Assembly: GCA_902496275.1 (NCBI GenBank)
Contig: CABVAC010000006.1
Span: 19,891-83,890, forward strand
Direction of reading: 5' to 3'
Origin: an uncultured Collinsella sp.
GTDB lineage: Bacteria > Actinomycetota > Coriobacteriia > Coriobacteriales > Coriobacteriaceae
Length of the DNA stretch: 64,000 bases
In this document: positions 29,857 to 40,003 of the stretch, in pieces
Numbering within the stretch: the first letter of the stretch is position 1
Layout: every line of letters begins with the position of its first letter
The notes under the pieces: model-generated
The model's input: the letters and a program-made list of their open reading frames with translations, nothing else
Told to the model about the DNA's origin: nothing
Databases searched by the model: none
Translations under genes and position numbers: made by a program

Positions 29857-31089
29857 CTAGACTCCGTATCTCGTCTTTATGTCCCTTGAGAATGAATCGT
29901 AGTCTTCATAGAGCCCTTCTCTGCTTTCATCCTCGGCGTGGTTTACACGTTCAAGGAGCTTATCCTTTGAAGCCTCTTTTGTTATTGCGGCCTCGCCATC
30001 GGGTATTGTGGCTTGCAAGAATAGTTCTAGAGCATGGACGTCTTTGAGTATGTAGCCCGTCGAACGACCCGCTCCTGTTTTTTCGATTGCGCTGCAACTA
30101 ACAAGCTGGCCGAGGGTTCGTTTAACGGTTACCTCGCTGATATCGGGGCAGCTGGACCGGATGTCGGATTTCTTAATGACGCCGGGTCTCTGTTGAAATA
30201 GAACAGCGATGCGCGCTTGCTTCGACATGGGACGAGTGCTTGATTCAATTAAGGTACGCTGCTCGAGCTGTCGGTAGGCGGCCAGGGTTGTTCCGAGCAT
30301 GAAACGGATAAAGGGTACTTCGGTGTTTTGATTTTCATTCCATCCAGTGGAGCTTGCAGCGAGGGCGTTGTAGTAAAGCGCTTTGTTGTCTTCAATAAGT
30401 CGTTCGATGCTGATGTAACGCGCAACATCGTATCCAGTCTTTTCGAGCAGCAGCGTTGTAAGGAGCCGGCTCATCCTGCCATTGCCATCGTTGAAGGGAT
30501 GAATGCTAACAAAATCGAAGATAAAGCGGAGCGTTATAAGGAGGGGATCGCAAACTTGGCGAGATAAAGCATCGTTGAGGGACTGGCAGGCTTCTCTAAT
30601 AAGTCCCGGGGTTGCTAGAGCCGAAGGGGGCCTAAAGCGCACAAATCGATTACCTTGATCGTCAATGGAGACGATTTCGTTATCGCCATCTTTCCAATGG
30701 CCTCCATACGAGATTGCCGTGTGCGCCATGAGGTCACGATGCAACTGCAGAATGACCGATGGCGTTACGGGAATGGAATCGTGTTGCTCGTGAATAAGCG
30801 ACAGCACATCTCGGTATCCAGCGATTTCTTCCTCTGCGCGGGAGCTTGGCTTGGCGGAATACGCCATGATCGCTTTGAGTCTTTTTTGGGTGGTAACAAT
30901 TCCTTCAAGTTCGTTGGAGGATCGGGTGCTTTGGATCTTAGCCTCCTCCATTAGGGACGATAGAAGCTCGGGTTTGACTTGACTCAGAGCAAGCTGACGG
31001 CCTTTATGCTCGCGTATCGAGAGGAGGAGGTTGGTAATTGGAGTTGCTTCGAGTTCCGCTGGGACTGTGGTGTAATCGAACTGGCGCAT
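29857..31089 (-). CDS. Fic family protein (AMPylase) with C-terminal HTH-like region
   Basis: HPFNDGNGRMSR catalytic motif and SSNELEG inhibitory motif. Confidence 0.92.
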   Translation of the reverse strand: MRQFDYTTVPAELEATPITNLLLSIREHKGRQLALSQVKPELLSSLMEEAKIQSTRSSNELEGIVTTQKRLKAIMAYSAKPSSRAEEEIAGYRDVLSLIHEQHDSIPVTPSVILQLHRDLMAHTAISYGGHWKDGDNEIVSIDDQGNRFVRFRPPSALATPGLIREACQSLNDALSRQVCDPLLITLRFIFDFVSIHPFNDGNGRMSRLLTTLLLEKTGYDVARYISIERLIEDNKALYYNALAASSTGWNENQNTEVPFIRFMLGTTLAAYRQLEQRTLIESSTRPMSKQARIAVLFQQRPGVIKKSDIRSSCPDISEVTVKRTLGQLVSCSAIEKTGAGRSTGYILKDVHALELFLQATIPDGEAAITKEASKDKLLERVNHAEDESREGLYEDYDSFSRDIKTRYGV

Positions 31090-31101
31090 GCGGCTCCTTT
31101 C

Positions 31102-31168
31102 GGTATCACGAACATACTTTCGATATCATAATACCATTAAATGATACCGAAAGTATGTTCGTGATACC
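31102..31168. promoter_or_regulatory. 28-bp inverted repeat over the fic promoter (candidate autoregulatory operator)
   Basis: 31102-31129 vs 31141-31168, one mismatch. Confidence 0.65.
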
Positions 31169-31227
31169 AAAAACTAGAAACCACGTTTCATAACTGCTTG
31201 GAAAGTTCGGATTTGACTATCTCATTG

Positions 31228-31362
31228 TCTTGATCTGTAACAGTTAGACGGTTAAAAGTGGGCTACGTGTTACAGATTGAGATTGTTCGGCCCGGGCCAC
31301 CCGTTCGTCTAAATCTGTAACAGCTAGGGCCGAAATACTCGACTAGATGTTACAGATCGAGA
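31228..31362. repeat. Two 55-bp palindromic units (same family as 25118-25413)
   Basis: Units at 31228 and 31308. Confidence 0.9.
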
Positions 31363-31457
31363 CGAATGATTCGCTTGGGCTCACCAAAAACAAAAAAGGC
31401 CGCATGCGAACCCGTGGAGGGGCTCGTATGCGGCCGACAAGGGGTACGCGCCTTGAA

Positions 31458-32879
31458 TTAGGCCATAAGCAGGCCGGTCTCCGCGACGTTCTTGTACCAG
31501 TACGCGCTCGCCTTGGGATAGCGCTTCTGGGTCTCAAAGTCGATGTAGAACAGGCCATAGCGCTTGTTATAGCCGTTGGTCCAGGAGAACTGGTCCTGCA
31601 GCGACCACACAAAGTAACCGTCGACGTTCACGCCGCCGTCGATTGCCTTGAGGATCCACGCGAGATGCTGACGCATGTAGTCGATACGAGGGGCGTCGTC
31701 GATAAAGCCATCCTCGAAGTCGTCCTTATAGCCCATGCCGTTCTCGGTGATGTAGATCTTCTTGTAGTTGGGGTAATCGTTCTTAATGCGGAGCAGTAGG
31801 TCGTAGAGACCCTCGGGATAGATGATCCAGTCCCAATCGGTGGTGGGTACGCCTTCGCGCACGCATGACTCGCCCACGCCCTTGAGGAACCAGCGCGAGG
31901 AGCCCTTGTCGCCGGTGCCATTGTGGTTGATGTCGTTTTCGCCCTCGGCAGCACGCAGGAACTGGCACTTGTAGGTGTTGACGCCCAGGCAATCGTTGTA
32001 GGGGAGCGCGGCGGTCAGCGCGGCGATGTCCTCGTCGCGGACGTCGAGCTCGCCGCCGGCGATATGGGCCAGCTTGGTTGCGGCTTCCATGGTGTCGGCT
32101 GCATAGTGGCCGCGGAAGGTGGCGTCGAGCACCCAGCGGTTGTTGATGACGTCGGCCATGCGGGCGGCCTCGCAGTCGGCAGCGCTGTTGGGATCGAGGG
32201 GGTACTTGGGCTCCAGGTTCTGGACAATGCCGATCTCGCCCTCAAAGCCGCCCTCATGGAAGGCGACGACAGCCTTGGCGTGGGCCACCATCATGTTGTG
32301 CATAAGCTGGAAGGCCTTGTCCAGGCGATACTTCTCGCCGTGCGGCCAGTTGCCGACGATAAAGCTGCCCTCGGCGGTCGCGGGAATCTCGTTAAAGGTA
32401 AACCAGTGCTTGACCTCGGTGAACTCGGCAAAGCAGAACTTGGCGTACTCGACAAAGGCGTCGATCGTCGTGCGCGTCAGGAAGCCCTCGCCGCCGTTCT
32501 GGTAAAAGGTCTCGGGCGTATCGAAGTGATCGAGCGTGACATAGGGGATGACGCCGGCTTTATTGCAGGTGGCAAAGAGCTCGTGATAGAAGGCGACACC
32601 CTCGGGGTTGATCTCGCCAGTGCCGTTGGGGAAGATGCGGCTCCAAGCGATGGAGACGCGGATACCGTTGATGCCAAAGCGCTGGCACAGGTCGATATCG
32701 ACCGGGTACTTGTTGTAGAAATCGCTTGCGGGGTCGGGGGAGAAGCGACCCTGAGCAGCCAGGAAATCGTCCCAGGGCACTTTGCCCTTGCCGTGCGTGC
32801 GGGTCTCGCCCTCAACCTGGTAAGCAGCGGTGGCGCCGCCAAACACAAAGCCGTCGGGGAACTGCATAGGGTTGGTCAT
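31458..32879 (-). CDS. lacG: 6-phospho-beta-galactosidase (GH1), copy 1
   Basis: ATAAYQ.EG, TFNE, YITENG, DQFSWTNGY.KRYG. Confidence 0.93.
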   Translation of the reverse strand: MTNPMQFPDGFVFGGATAAYQVEGETRTHGKGKVPWDDFLAAQGRFSPDPASDFYNKYPVDIDLCQRFGINGIRVSIAWSRIFPNGTGEINPEGVAFYHELFATCNKAGVIPYVTLDHFDTPETFYQNGGEGFLTRTTIDAFVEYAKFCFAEFTEVKHWFTFNEIPATAEGSFIVGNWPHGEKYRLDKAFQLMHNMMVAHAKAVVAFHEGGFEGEIGIVQNLEPKYPLDPNSAADCEAARMADVINNRWVLDATFRGHYAADTMEAATKLAHIAGGELDVRDEDIAALTAALPYNDCLGVNTYKCQFLRAAEGENDINHNGTGDKGSSRWFLKGVGESCVREGVPTTDWDWIIYPEGLYDLLLRIKNDYPNYKKIYITENGMGYKDDFEDGFIDDAPRIDYMRQHLAWILKAIDGGVNVDGYFVWSLQDQFSWTNGYNKRYGLFYIDFETQKRYPKASAYWYKNVAETGLLMA

Positions 32880-32955
32880 GAGTTATCCTTTCTGTGGGAT
32901 ACGAATAGGGAGAGGTGCCCGAACTGGGGATCCGGGCACCAATAGAGGGAGGAAC

Positions 32956-34734
32956 CTAGTCGAGGTTCTCGCGGAGCCACTTAATGGCGCCAGCGGGGTC
33001 GCGAGTAAGGTCGATATATTCCTTGCCGCGCGGGGCGAGCAGCTTAATGCCCAGGCGATCGGTGTCGGCCTTCATGTCGTTGTAGTAGCTACGAACCTGC
33101 GGGGCAAGCACGATAACGTCGTACTGATCCATGATGGCAGTGTGCTGGCCATAGGCGCCTGCGGAGGAAGCGATGTTCTCTCCGGTCTGCGCAGCACCTT
33201 CCTTGATGGCGTTGGCAAGCATGGCAGAGGTGCCGGCGCCGGCGCACAGGACGAGGACCTTCAGACCGTCGACATCCTTCTTAGCGGATGCGTCGGCGGC
33301 GGGCTCGGGCTGATCGGCGACAGGCTTGCTGTCGGCGGCAGCAGCGGTCGGCTCGACGGAAGCGGCGGTCTGCTCGACAGCGGCCGCAGAGGTGCTGGCG
33401 GCGATGGTGGCAGCACCATCGGACTCGAGACCCAGCTCGGCGGCGCGCTCGGCCTCCTGGTCGCAGAGCAGCTTATCGTATGCCTTCAAGAACGGCAGGT
33501 AGATGATGGCGTCCAGCAAGATGATGATCGCGACAAATACCAGGGCGATAAGCTGGAAGTTCGTGGTGATGAAGATGCCGATGGGGGCAGGGGTAGCCCA
33601 AGGCACCACGAAGGAGAAGCCGTTCATGCCCACGTTGTCGATAAAGAACTTGGCAACACTTACGTTGACGCAGCCGGCGGCAACAAAGGGGATGAGCATG
33701 TAGGGGTTAAGGATCATCGGCGCGCCAAAGAGCAGCGGCTCGTTGACAGCAAAGGCAACAGGAACAATCGAGGCCTTACCGACGGCTTTGAGCTGCTTGG
33801 ACTTCATAAAGAGAATCAGCAGAAGCGGCACGATGAACGTAGCGCCAGTGCCGCCGAACTCACCCACGAGCGACATGTTAAAGGTGAGGGAGTGGGCGGG
33901 GTGGCCACCGGCCAGCAGAACCTGCAGGTTCTCGGCCTGGTTGGCAAGACGGATGGGGTCGATGCCCGGCTGGACAATCGAAGGGCCGTGGACGCCGATG
34001 AACCAGAAGAACGCGGTGGCTGCCTGGATAAGGATGAGGCCAGGATAGGTTTCTGCCGCAGTGAAGAGCGGGGAGAGCAGCTTGATGAGCAGCTCGGAGA
34101 ACGGAACGCCCATGAGGTTGCGCACGACAACATCGATGATGCCGCAGATGATGACAGCGCCGCCAAAGGGGATGATGTCGCGGAAGTTCTGAGCGATGGC
34201 GCCCGGAACCTCCTTGGGCAGCTTAATGGTCAGATCGCGCGAGACGCAGAACTTATAGACCCACACGGTAATGAACGCGGCGATATAGGCGGAGAACAGG
34301 CCACGCGTGCCCATGCTGGTGCAGTCGAAGACCGAAAGCTCGGAGCCGTCGAGCTTGGTGGTGAACTGCGTAACGGCGAGCAGCAGCATGCTGCACTGGG
34401 CGGCTACCATGGTGGAGCCGTCGTTGAGCACCTTGCCGGCGGGCATGCGACGGTTCATGGAAGCCGTAAAGTTCTTGGCAGTGGTGCCGGCAACCATGAT
34501 GCCCATGACGCCCATGGTGAAGTTGTATAGCTTGTTGCACCAGTCGATGAGCGGCTGGGGCAGCGTGATGCCGACTACGCCGGGAAGGGTGGCAATGAGC
34601 AGAAAGATCGAAGAGGTGAGGACGATGGGCATGCACCCAAGGAATCCGTCCTTAATAGCCTGGAGGTAGATGTTCCTCGAGATCTTCTCAAAGAACGGCT
34701 GATGCTTTTCGAGCATCTTTACGATGGCGTCCAT
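32956..34734 (-). CDS. lacE: PTS lactose-family EIICB (copy B)
   Basis: GVHGPS, AVNEP, Ala-rich linker, LVLCAGAGTS. Confidence 0.92.
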   Translation of the reverse strand: MDAIVKMLEKHQPFFEKISRNIYLQAIKDGFLGCMPIVLTSSIFLLIATLPGVVGITLPQPLIDWCNKLYNFTMGVMGIMVAGTTAKNFTASMNRRMPAGKVLNDGSTMVAAQCSMLLLAVTQFTTKLDGSELSVFDCTSMGTRGLFSAYIAAFITVWVYKFCVSRDLTIKLPKEVPGAIAQNFRDIIPFGGAVIICGIIDVVVRNLMGVPFSELLIKLLSPLFTAAETYPGLILIQAATAFFWFIGVHGPSIVQPGIDPIRLANQAENLQVLLAGGHPAHSLTFNMSLVGEFGGTGATFIVPLLLILFMKSKQLKAVGKASIVPVAFAVNEPLLFGAPMILNPYMLIPFVAAGCVNVSVAKFFIDNVGMNGFSFVVPWATPAPIGIFITTNFQLIALVFVAIIILLDAIIYLPFLKAYDKLLCDQEAERAAELGLESDGAATIAASTSAAAVEQTAASVEPTAAAADSKPVADQPEPAADASAKKDVDGLKVLVLCAGAGTSAMLANAIKEGAAQTGENIASSAGAYGQHTAIMDQYDVIVLAPQVRSYYNDMKADTDRLGIKLLAPRGKEYIDLTRDPAGAIKWLRENLD

Positions 34735-34835
34735 AGAGCTCCTTTGCTACTTGATGCGCGATGCATGTGGATGGAACTGGTCGTCGATGGATGGTCAGGA
34801 CTGCCCGGAAACCTTCCTGCTTAAGGAAGGCATTG

Positions 34836-34859
34836 CGAAATGACAACGTTGTCATTTCG
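34836..34859. promoter_or_regulatory. LacI-type operator, perfect 24-bp palindrome
   Basis: CGAAATGACAAC|GTTGTCATTTCG; weaker second site at 34862-34880. Confidence 0.75.
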
Positions 34860-35018
34860 TTAATGACAACGTAAGACATTTTTGGAAGAGCAACAAGGAT
34901 ATACGGGTGAGCGGTCGATATTGTCCGGTAAACGGTTGATTTATCAGTCAGGCAGGTGGTGTATGCTAGAACGCAAAAAACAAGCGATAGAGAACCGAGT
35001 GGAGAAGTAGTGGCAACG

Positions 35019-36020
35019 ATGGACAAGAAAAATGTCTCAATGAACGATGTGGCGATTGCCGCGGGTGTTTCTCTCAAGACGGTTTCGCGTGTGATTAACG
35101 AGCCCGGTAGCGTGCGAGAGTCGACACGCGATAAGGTCCATTCCGCAATGGAAGCGCTCGGGTTCCGGGCGAACTTTGCCGCGCGTTCGCTCAAGTTGGG
35201 CCGTTACGGGTGCATCGGCGTGGTGCTGTTCCACTTGTCGGGCGGTGCCGTGGACATGATTGACGGTATCGCAGATGCCGCCGAAGAACGCGGCTTTGCG
35301 CTCACGATGATCAAAAAGCGGGCGGGGGAGAAGATGACCCTTGCCGAAGCGGCGCGTAGGATGTCGCAGCTGCCTGTTGATGGCATGATCTTCAACCTGC
35401 GTCAGATGGTCGATGACTTTGATACTTTTGAGGCACCGAAAGACCTCAAGACGGTGATTATCACACCGATGGAACATCCTACCTGCTCCACCGTCAGTGA
35501 CGATCAAGAGGGCGGCGCGCGCATGGCGTGCGAGTACTTCTTGAATCACGGGCACAAGAACGTGTACTTCGTCTCTGGTAAGAAAGAAGCGCTGTCGAGC
35601 CAGTGCCGTATGAAAGGTTGGCGAGCGGCACTCGAGGCGCATGGCATTGAGCCGCCCGAGCCTCTGCAAGGCGATTGGAATGCGGATAGTGGCTATGCCG
35701 CGGGCCTTGTGCTTGCCGATAAACCCGATTGCACGGCGGTCCTCGCTGCTAACGACTGCATGGCAAACGGCGTGATGATGGCTCTACGTGACAAAGGGCT
35801 CAGTGTGCCCGACGACGTGTCCGTGATCGGCTTTGATGACGAGCTTTACAAGACGATTCCCAACTCGATTCTGACGTCGGTGAAGTTCCGTCACCGCGAG
35901 CTGGGCGTCCGTGCGCTTAACGAGGTCGTCGCAGGTCTGGAAGCCCCGAGCTCCAGAAGCCGTACGCTCGTCTCGGGCGTGTTGGTCGAACGTTCCAGCG
36001 TAAAGGACCTGCGGGCGTAG
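35019..36020 (+). CDS. LacI family regulator 1
   Basis: MNDVAIAAGVSLKTVSRVIN HTH; VPDDVSVIGFDD. Confidence 0.93.
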   Translation: MDKKNVSMNDVAIAAGVSLKTVSRVINEPGSVRESTRDKVHSAMEALGFRANFAARSLKLGRYGCIGVVLFHLSGGAVDMIDGIADAAEERGFALTMIKKRAGEKMTLAEAARRMSQLPVDGMIFNLRQMVDDFDTFEAPKDLKTVIITPMEHPTCSTVSDDQEGGARMACEYFLNHGHKNVYFVSGKKEALSSQCRMKGWRAALEAHGIEPPEPLQGDWNADSGYAAGLVLADKPDCTAVLAANDCMANGVMMALRDKGLSVPDDVSVIGFDDELYKTIPNSILTSVKFRHRELGVRALNEVVAGLEAPSSRSRTLVSGVLVERSSVKDLRA

Positions 36021-36038
36021 GGTTTTTCGGCCCGTTCG

Positions 36039-36173
36039 TCTCAATCTGTAACAGTTAGGACCGAAAAACTCAGCTAAATATTACAGATTGAGATATTTCT
36101 GCTCGGGCGTTCTGTTTGTCTCGATCTGTAACAGCTAGGATCCAAAAACTCGGCTAGATGTTACAGATTGAGA
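36039..36173. repeat. Two 55-bp palindromic units (same family)
   Basis: Units at 36039 and 36119. Confidence 0.9.
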
Positions 36174-36273
36174 TGAACAGGAGGGCGGGTGCGGTCTAAA
36201 CAAAATGGCCCGCGCATCACGCATCGATGCACGGGCCATTTTTTGTCTGCGAGCGGCAGGTGGCGTCAGCGTC

Positions 36274-38034
36274 TTATGCCTTGAGGTTTTCCTCGATCCA
36301 GGCGACGGCACCCTTGGGATCCTTAGTGAGGTCGATGTACTGTTTGCCCTTGGGCGACAGCAGCGTGATGCCCAGGCGGTCGGTGTCGGCCTTCATCTCG
36401 TTGTAATAGGTGCGAACCTGCGGAGGCAGGACGATGACGTTGTACTGGTCCATGATGGCGTAGTGGCTGCCGTAGGCACCGGCGTTGGCGGTAATGTCGA
36501 TGCCCAGCTCGTCGGCGCCTTCCTTAAGCGCGTTGGCGAGCAGTGCGGAGGTGCCGGCGCCAGCGCACAGAACCAGAACCCTCAGATCCTTGCCCTTAAG
36601 GGCGGACGGAGCTGCGGAGGCCTCGGTGGCAGAAGCGGTCTCGACAACAGGAGCCTCAACGGCGGGGGCGGCAGCGGTCTTGACGGCCTTGGTCTCCTCG
36701 GCCTCTTCTTCGGCCAGGGTCTCGGCCTCCTGCTTGCACAGGACGTTGTCGTAGGCCTTGCAGAACGGGTAGTAGATCAAGAAGTCAACGACCAGCAGGA
36801 CGACAACCAGGACCAGAGAGATCGGCTGGAAGTTGGTGTCGATGAAGGTGCCGATCGGTCCGGGGAGTGCCCACGGCATGGCATAGATAAAGCCGTTCAT
36901 GCCCAAAAAGTCGATGAAGAACTTACCAATGAGGACGTTGGCCACGGGGGCAAACAGGAACGGGATCAGGAAGTACGGGTTGAGGATGATGGGCGCGGCG
37001 AACAGCAGCGGCTCGTTGACGGCGAACATCACGGGTACGACAGAGGCTTTGCCGACGGCCTTGAGCTGCTTGGAGCGCATAAAGAGCAGGAAGATGATCG
37101 GGACAATGAACGTGGCGCCGGTGCCGCCGAGTTCGCCGATGTAGTTACCGAAGTTTTCGGTCAGGGCGAGGGCGGGGTGACCGCCGGCCTGCAGCGTGGC
37201 GAGGTTGGTGGTGATGTTGCCAAACAGCGCGGCGTTGAGGGCAGGCTTAACGACCGAGGGGCCGTGGATGCCCATGAACCAGAACAGCGGGATCATGAAC
37301 CAGATGAGGGCGAGGCCGGCGTAGGAATCGGCAGCGGCGAACAGCGGGCTCACCAGCGTGGAGATGACGTTGGCAAACGGGACGGCCAAGCAGGTGCGGC
37401 AGATAACGTCGATGACGGCGACAAACAGGATGGAGAAGCTGAAGGCGAAGATGTCGCGGAAGTTCTGGGCGATGGCGCCGGGGACTTCTTTGGGCAGCTT
37501 GATGGTGATGTCTCGCTTAATGCAGAAGGCATAGATGTTGACCGTGGCAAATGCGGCGACAAAGGAGCTCAGCAGGCCCTTGGTGCCCATGTTGTCGGTA
37601 AAGAACACCGAGACATCGGCGCCGTCGATCTTGGCACTCGTCTGGGTAACGGCCAAGATGAGCATAGCGCACATGGCGGCGACCATGGTGCTCGTGGCGT
37701 TGATGGCCTTGCCAGCAGGCATGCGGCGGTTCTTGGAGCCGGTCAGCGCGCTTGCGGTGGTGCCGGCGACCATGATGCCCACGACGCCCATCGTGAAGTT
37801 GTAAACCTTGTTGCAGAAGTTCACGACGTCGACGTTCCACCAGTCGGGCAGCGTAAAGCCGCCGACCGTGGCGACAACGCCCGGCAGGGTCGAAATAAGC
37901 AGGAAGACAGAAGAAGACAGGATGATGGGCATTGCTGCCAAAAAGCCGTCTTTAATGGCCTGAAGGTAGATGTTCTTAGAGACCTTGTCGAAGTACGGCT
38001 GACCTTTCTCCAAGAACTTAACGATCGATTCCAT
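36274..38034 (-). CDS. lacE: PTS lactose-family EIICB (copy C)
   Basis: GIHGPS, AVNEP, LVLCAGAGTS. Confidence 0.92.
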   Translation of the reverse strand: MESIVKFLEKGQPYFDKVSKNIYLQAIKDGFLAAMPIILSSSVFLLISTLPGVVATVGGFTLPDWWNVDVVNFCNKVYNFTMGVVGIMVAGTTASALTGSKNRRMPAGKAINATSTMVAAMCAMLILAVTQTSAKIDGADVSVFFTDNMGTKGLLSSFVAAFATVNIYAFCIKRDITIKLPKEVPGAIAQNFRDIFAFSFSILFVAVIDVICRTCLAVPFANVISTLVSPLFAAADSYAGLALIWFMIPLFWFMGIHGPSVVKPALNAALFGNITTNLATLQAGGHPALALTENFGNYIGELGGTGATFIVPIIFLLFMRSKQLKAVGKASVVPVMFAVNEPLLFAAPIILNPYFLIPFLFAPVANVLIGKFFIDFLGMNGFIYAMPWALPGPIGTFIDTNFQPISLVLVVVLLVVDFLIYYPFCKAYDNVLCKQEAETLAEEEAEETKAVKTAAAPAVEAPVVETASATEASAAPSALKGKDLRVLVLCAGAGTSALLANALKEGADELGIDITANAGAYGSHYAIMDQYNVIVLPPQVRTYYNEMKADTDRLGITLLSPKGKQYIDLTKDPKGAVAWIEENLKA

Positions 38035-38210
38035 AGTTCACGCTCCTCTTTGCATGAAATCTTAATGGCATGGACGTTGAAAACCTATATGGTCTCCCGC
38101 TTGCTAAAAGCCCGGGTGCAGGCGGGGTCGGTCCCAGGGGGAGAGAGGGGAGCGGCTGGGTTTGTATCGCATAGGGCCGCTCCCTTCTCGGGGGAAAGCG
38201 AGGCGATGCG

Positions 38211-39659
38211 CTACTGCGCGTCCGCCATAGTGTCGGCGAGCTCCTTGTACCAGAGTGCCGACTGCTTGATGTAGCGTTTTTGCGTGTCGAAGTCGATGTA
38301 GAACAGGCCGTAGCGCTTGTTATAGCCATTGGCCCACGAGAACTGGTCCTGCAGGCTCCAGATAAAGTAGCCCTGGACGTCGACGCCCTCGGCGCGCGCC
38401 TGGAGCACCTTCTCCATGTGCTGGTCGACAAAGTCGATGCGCTCGGGATCGGCGACGATGCCGTTTGCGTCGGGCTCGGGGTCCTTGTGGCCCAGGCCAT
38501 TTTCGGTGATATAGATGACGGGGAGGTTGGGATAGGTGGCGCTGATGTGCTTGAGCGTGTCGTAGAGGCCTTGCGGGTAGATGAGCCAATCCCAGTCGGT
38601 GGTGGGGATACCCGGCATATCGACCTGCTGCCCGACGCCCTTAAACTTAAAGCACGAGGTGCCCTTGTCTCCGGTGCCGTTAAAGCTGTTGGTTGACTCG
38701 CCATCGTAGGCGGCGATAAACGCCGACTGATAGTAGTTGAGGCCGAACATATCGTTGCGGGGCGCCGCCTTGGCGAGCTCCTCCATGTCGCTGTCCTCAA
38801 CCGTAAGTGTGGCGTTGTTGGCACGCAGAATCTCGTTGATGAGTGAGAGGGTGCGCGCGGAGTAGTGACCCAGGAAGGCGCCGTCCATGATGAAGTCGGT
38901 GTAGAAGGCGTTGTACAGGTCGGCGGCGTGCTGGTCGGCGGGCGAGTCGGTGGCAGGATATGCCGGCGTCAGGACGTTGACCATGCCAATGCGTCCGCCC
39001 AGGTGCTCGGTCTCGTCAAGATCCTTATACAGGTTGACGGCGCGGGCGTGGGCAACGAGCTCGTTGTGCTGGCTCTGGATGCCGCTCGTCACATCAAAGT
39101 GATGGTTGGGCGGGAAGTTGCCTTGGATGTATTGGGAGTGCGAGAGGCTGATGAGCTCGTTGATGGTGAACCAATTTTTGACCTCGCGGAACTCGCGGAA
39201 GCAGAACTCGGCATAGCGCACATAGGCGTCGACGGTCTTGCGGTTGAGCCAGTCGCCCTGGTTGAACAGGGCGGCGGGGGAGTCAAAGTGATGCAGGGAC
39301 ACATAGGGCTCGACGCCATACTTTTTGCAGCAGGCGAACAGCTCGTGGTAGTGCTTAACGCCCTCGGAGAGGGGTTCGGCATCGTCGCCGTTGGGGAAGA
39401 TGCGGGTCCAGGCGATGGACACACGAATGGCGTTGAGTCCATGCTCGGCAGAAAGGCGGATATCCTCCTCGTAGCGGTTGTAGAAATCACTGGCCGGGTC
39501 GGGCAAAAAGCGACCCTGGGCGACAAGGTAATCGTCCCACATGGTCTTACCCTTGCCTGCCACCTTCGTGGAACCTTCCGTTTGGTACGCGGCGGTTGCG
39601 GCGCCCCAAACAAAGCCCTTCGGCAGCTGCTGTACGCGGTTTAGCAAAGACATATGCAT
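38211..39659 (-). CDS. lacG: 6-phospho-beta-galactosidase (GH1), copy 2
   Basis: ATAAYQTEG, TINE, YITENG, DQFSWANGY; start 39659 or 39653. Confidence 0.92.
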   Translation of the reverse strand: MHMSLLNRVQQLPKGFVWGAATAAYQTEGSTKVAGKGKTMWDDYLVAQGRFLPDPASDFYNRYEEDIRLSAEHGLNAIRVSIAWTRIFPNGDDAEPLSEGVKHYHELFACCKKYGVEPYVSLHHFDSPAALFNQGDWLNRKTVDAYVRYAEFCFREFREVKNWFTINELISLSHSQYIQGNFPPNHHFDVTSGIQSQHNELVAHARAVNLYKDLDETEHLGGRIGMVNVLTPAYPATDSPADQHAADLYNAFYTDFIMDGAFLGHYSARTLSLINEILRANNATLTVEDSDMEELAKAAPRNDMFGLNYYQSAFIAAYDGESTNSFNGTGDKGTSCFKFKGVGQQVDMPGIPTTDWDWLIYPQGLYDTLKHISATYPNLPVIYITENGLGHKDPEPDANGIVADPERIDFVDQHMEKVLQARAEGVDVQGYFIWSLQDQFSWANGYNKRYGLFYIDFDTQKRYIKQSALWYKELADTMADAQ

Positions 39660-40003
39660 ACACCCTCTCGTCTCGCTGTTCGATATTGTGCGTTTGCGCT
39701 CAGGAGGCTCCCTGGTTAGCGTTCAGCGGTGAAAAAGCCCGATAAACACTATCTTAAAATGATTAGAACCAAAATGAGCACGTGAACATTTGACAATGAG
39801 CACGTTAACATCCGGCTGGGATGTATAGAAACAAAACAACTTCAAACAGCCGCGAACGGTTGTATTTGTTCGGTAAGCGGTTTTGATTGACAGAAGTTTT
39901 CATGTTGTGGTATATGGCTCGGGTATCATGAGCACGTTATCAATGTATGTACGATGCGCCATGGGCGCGGGGAATAGTTGGGAAGCAGGTTAGCGTGGAA
40001 GGC

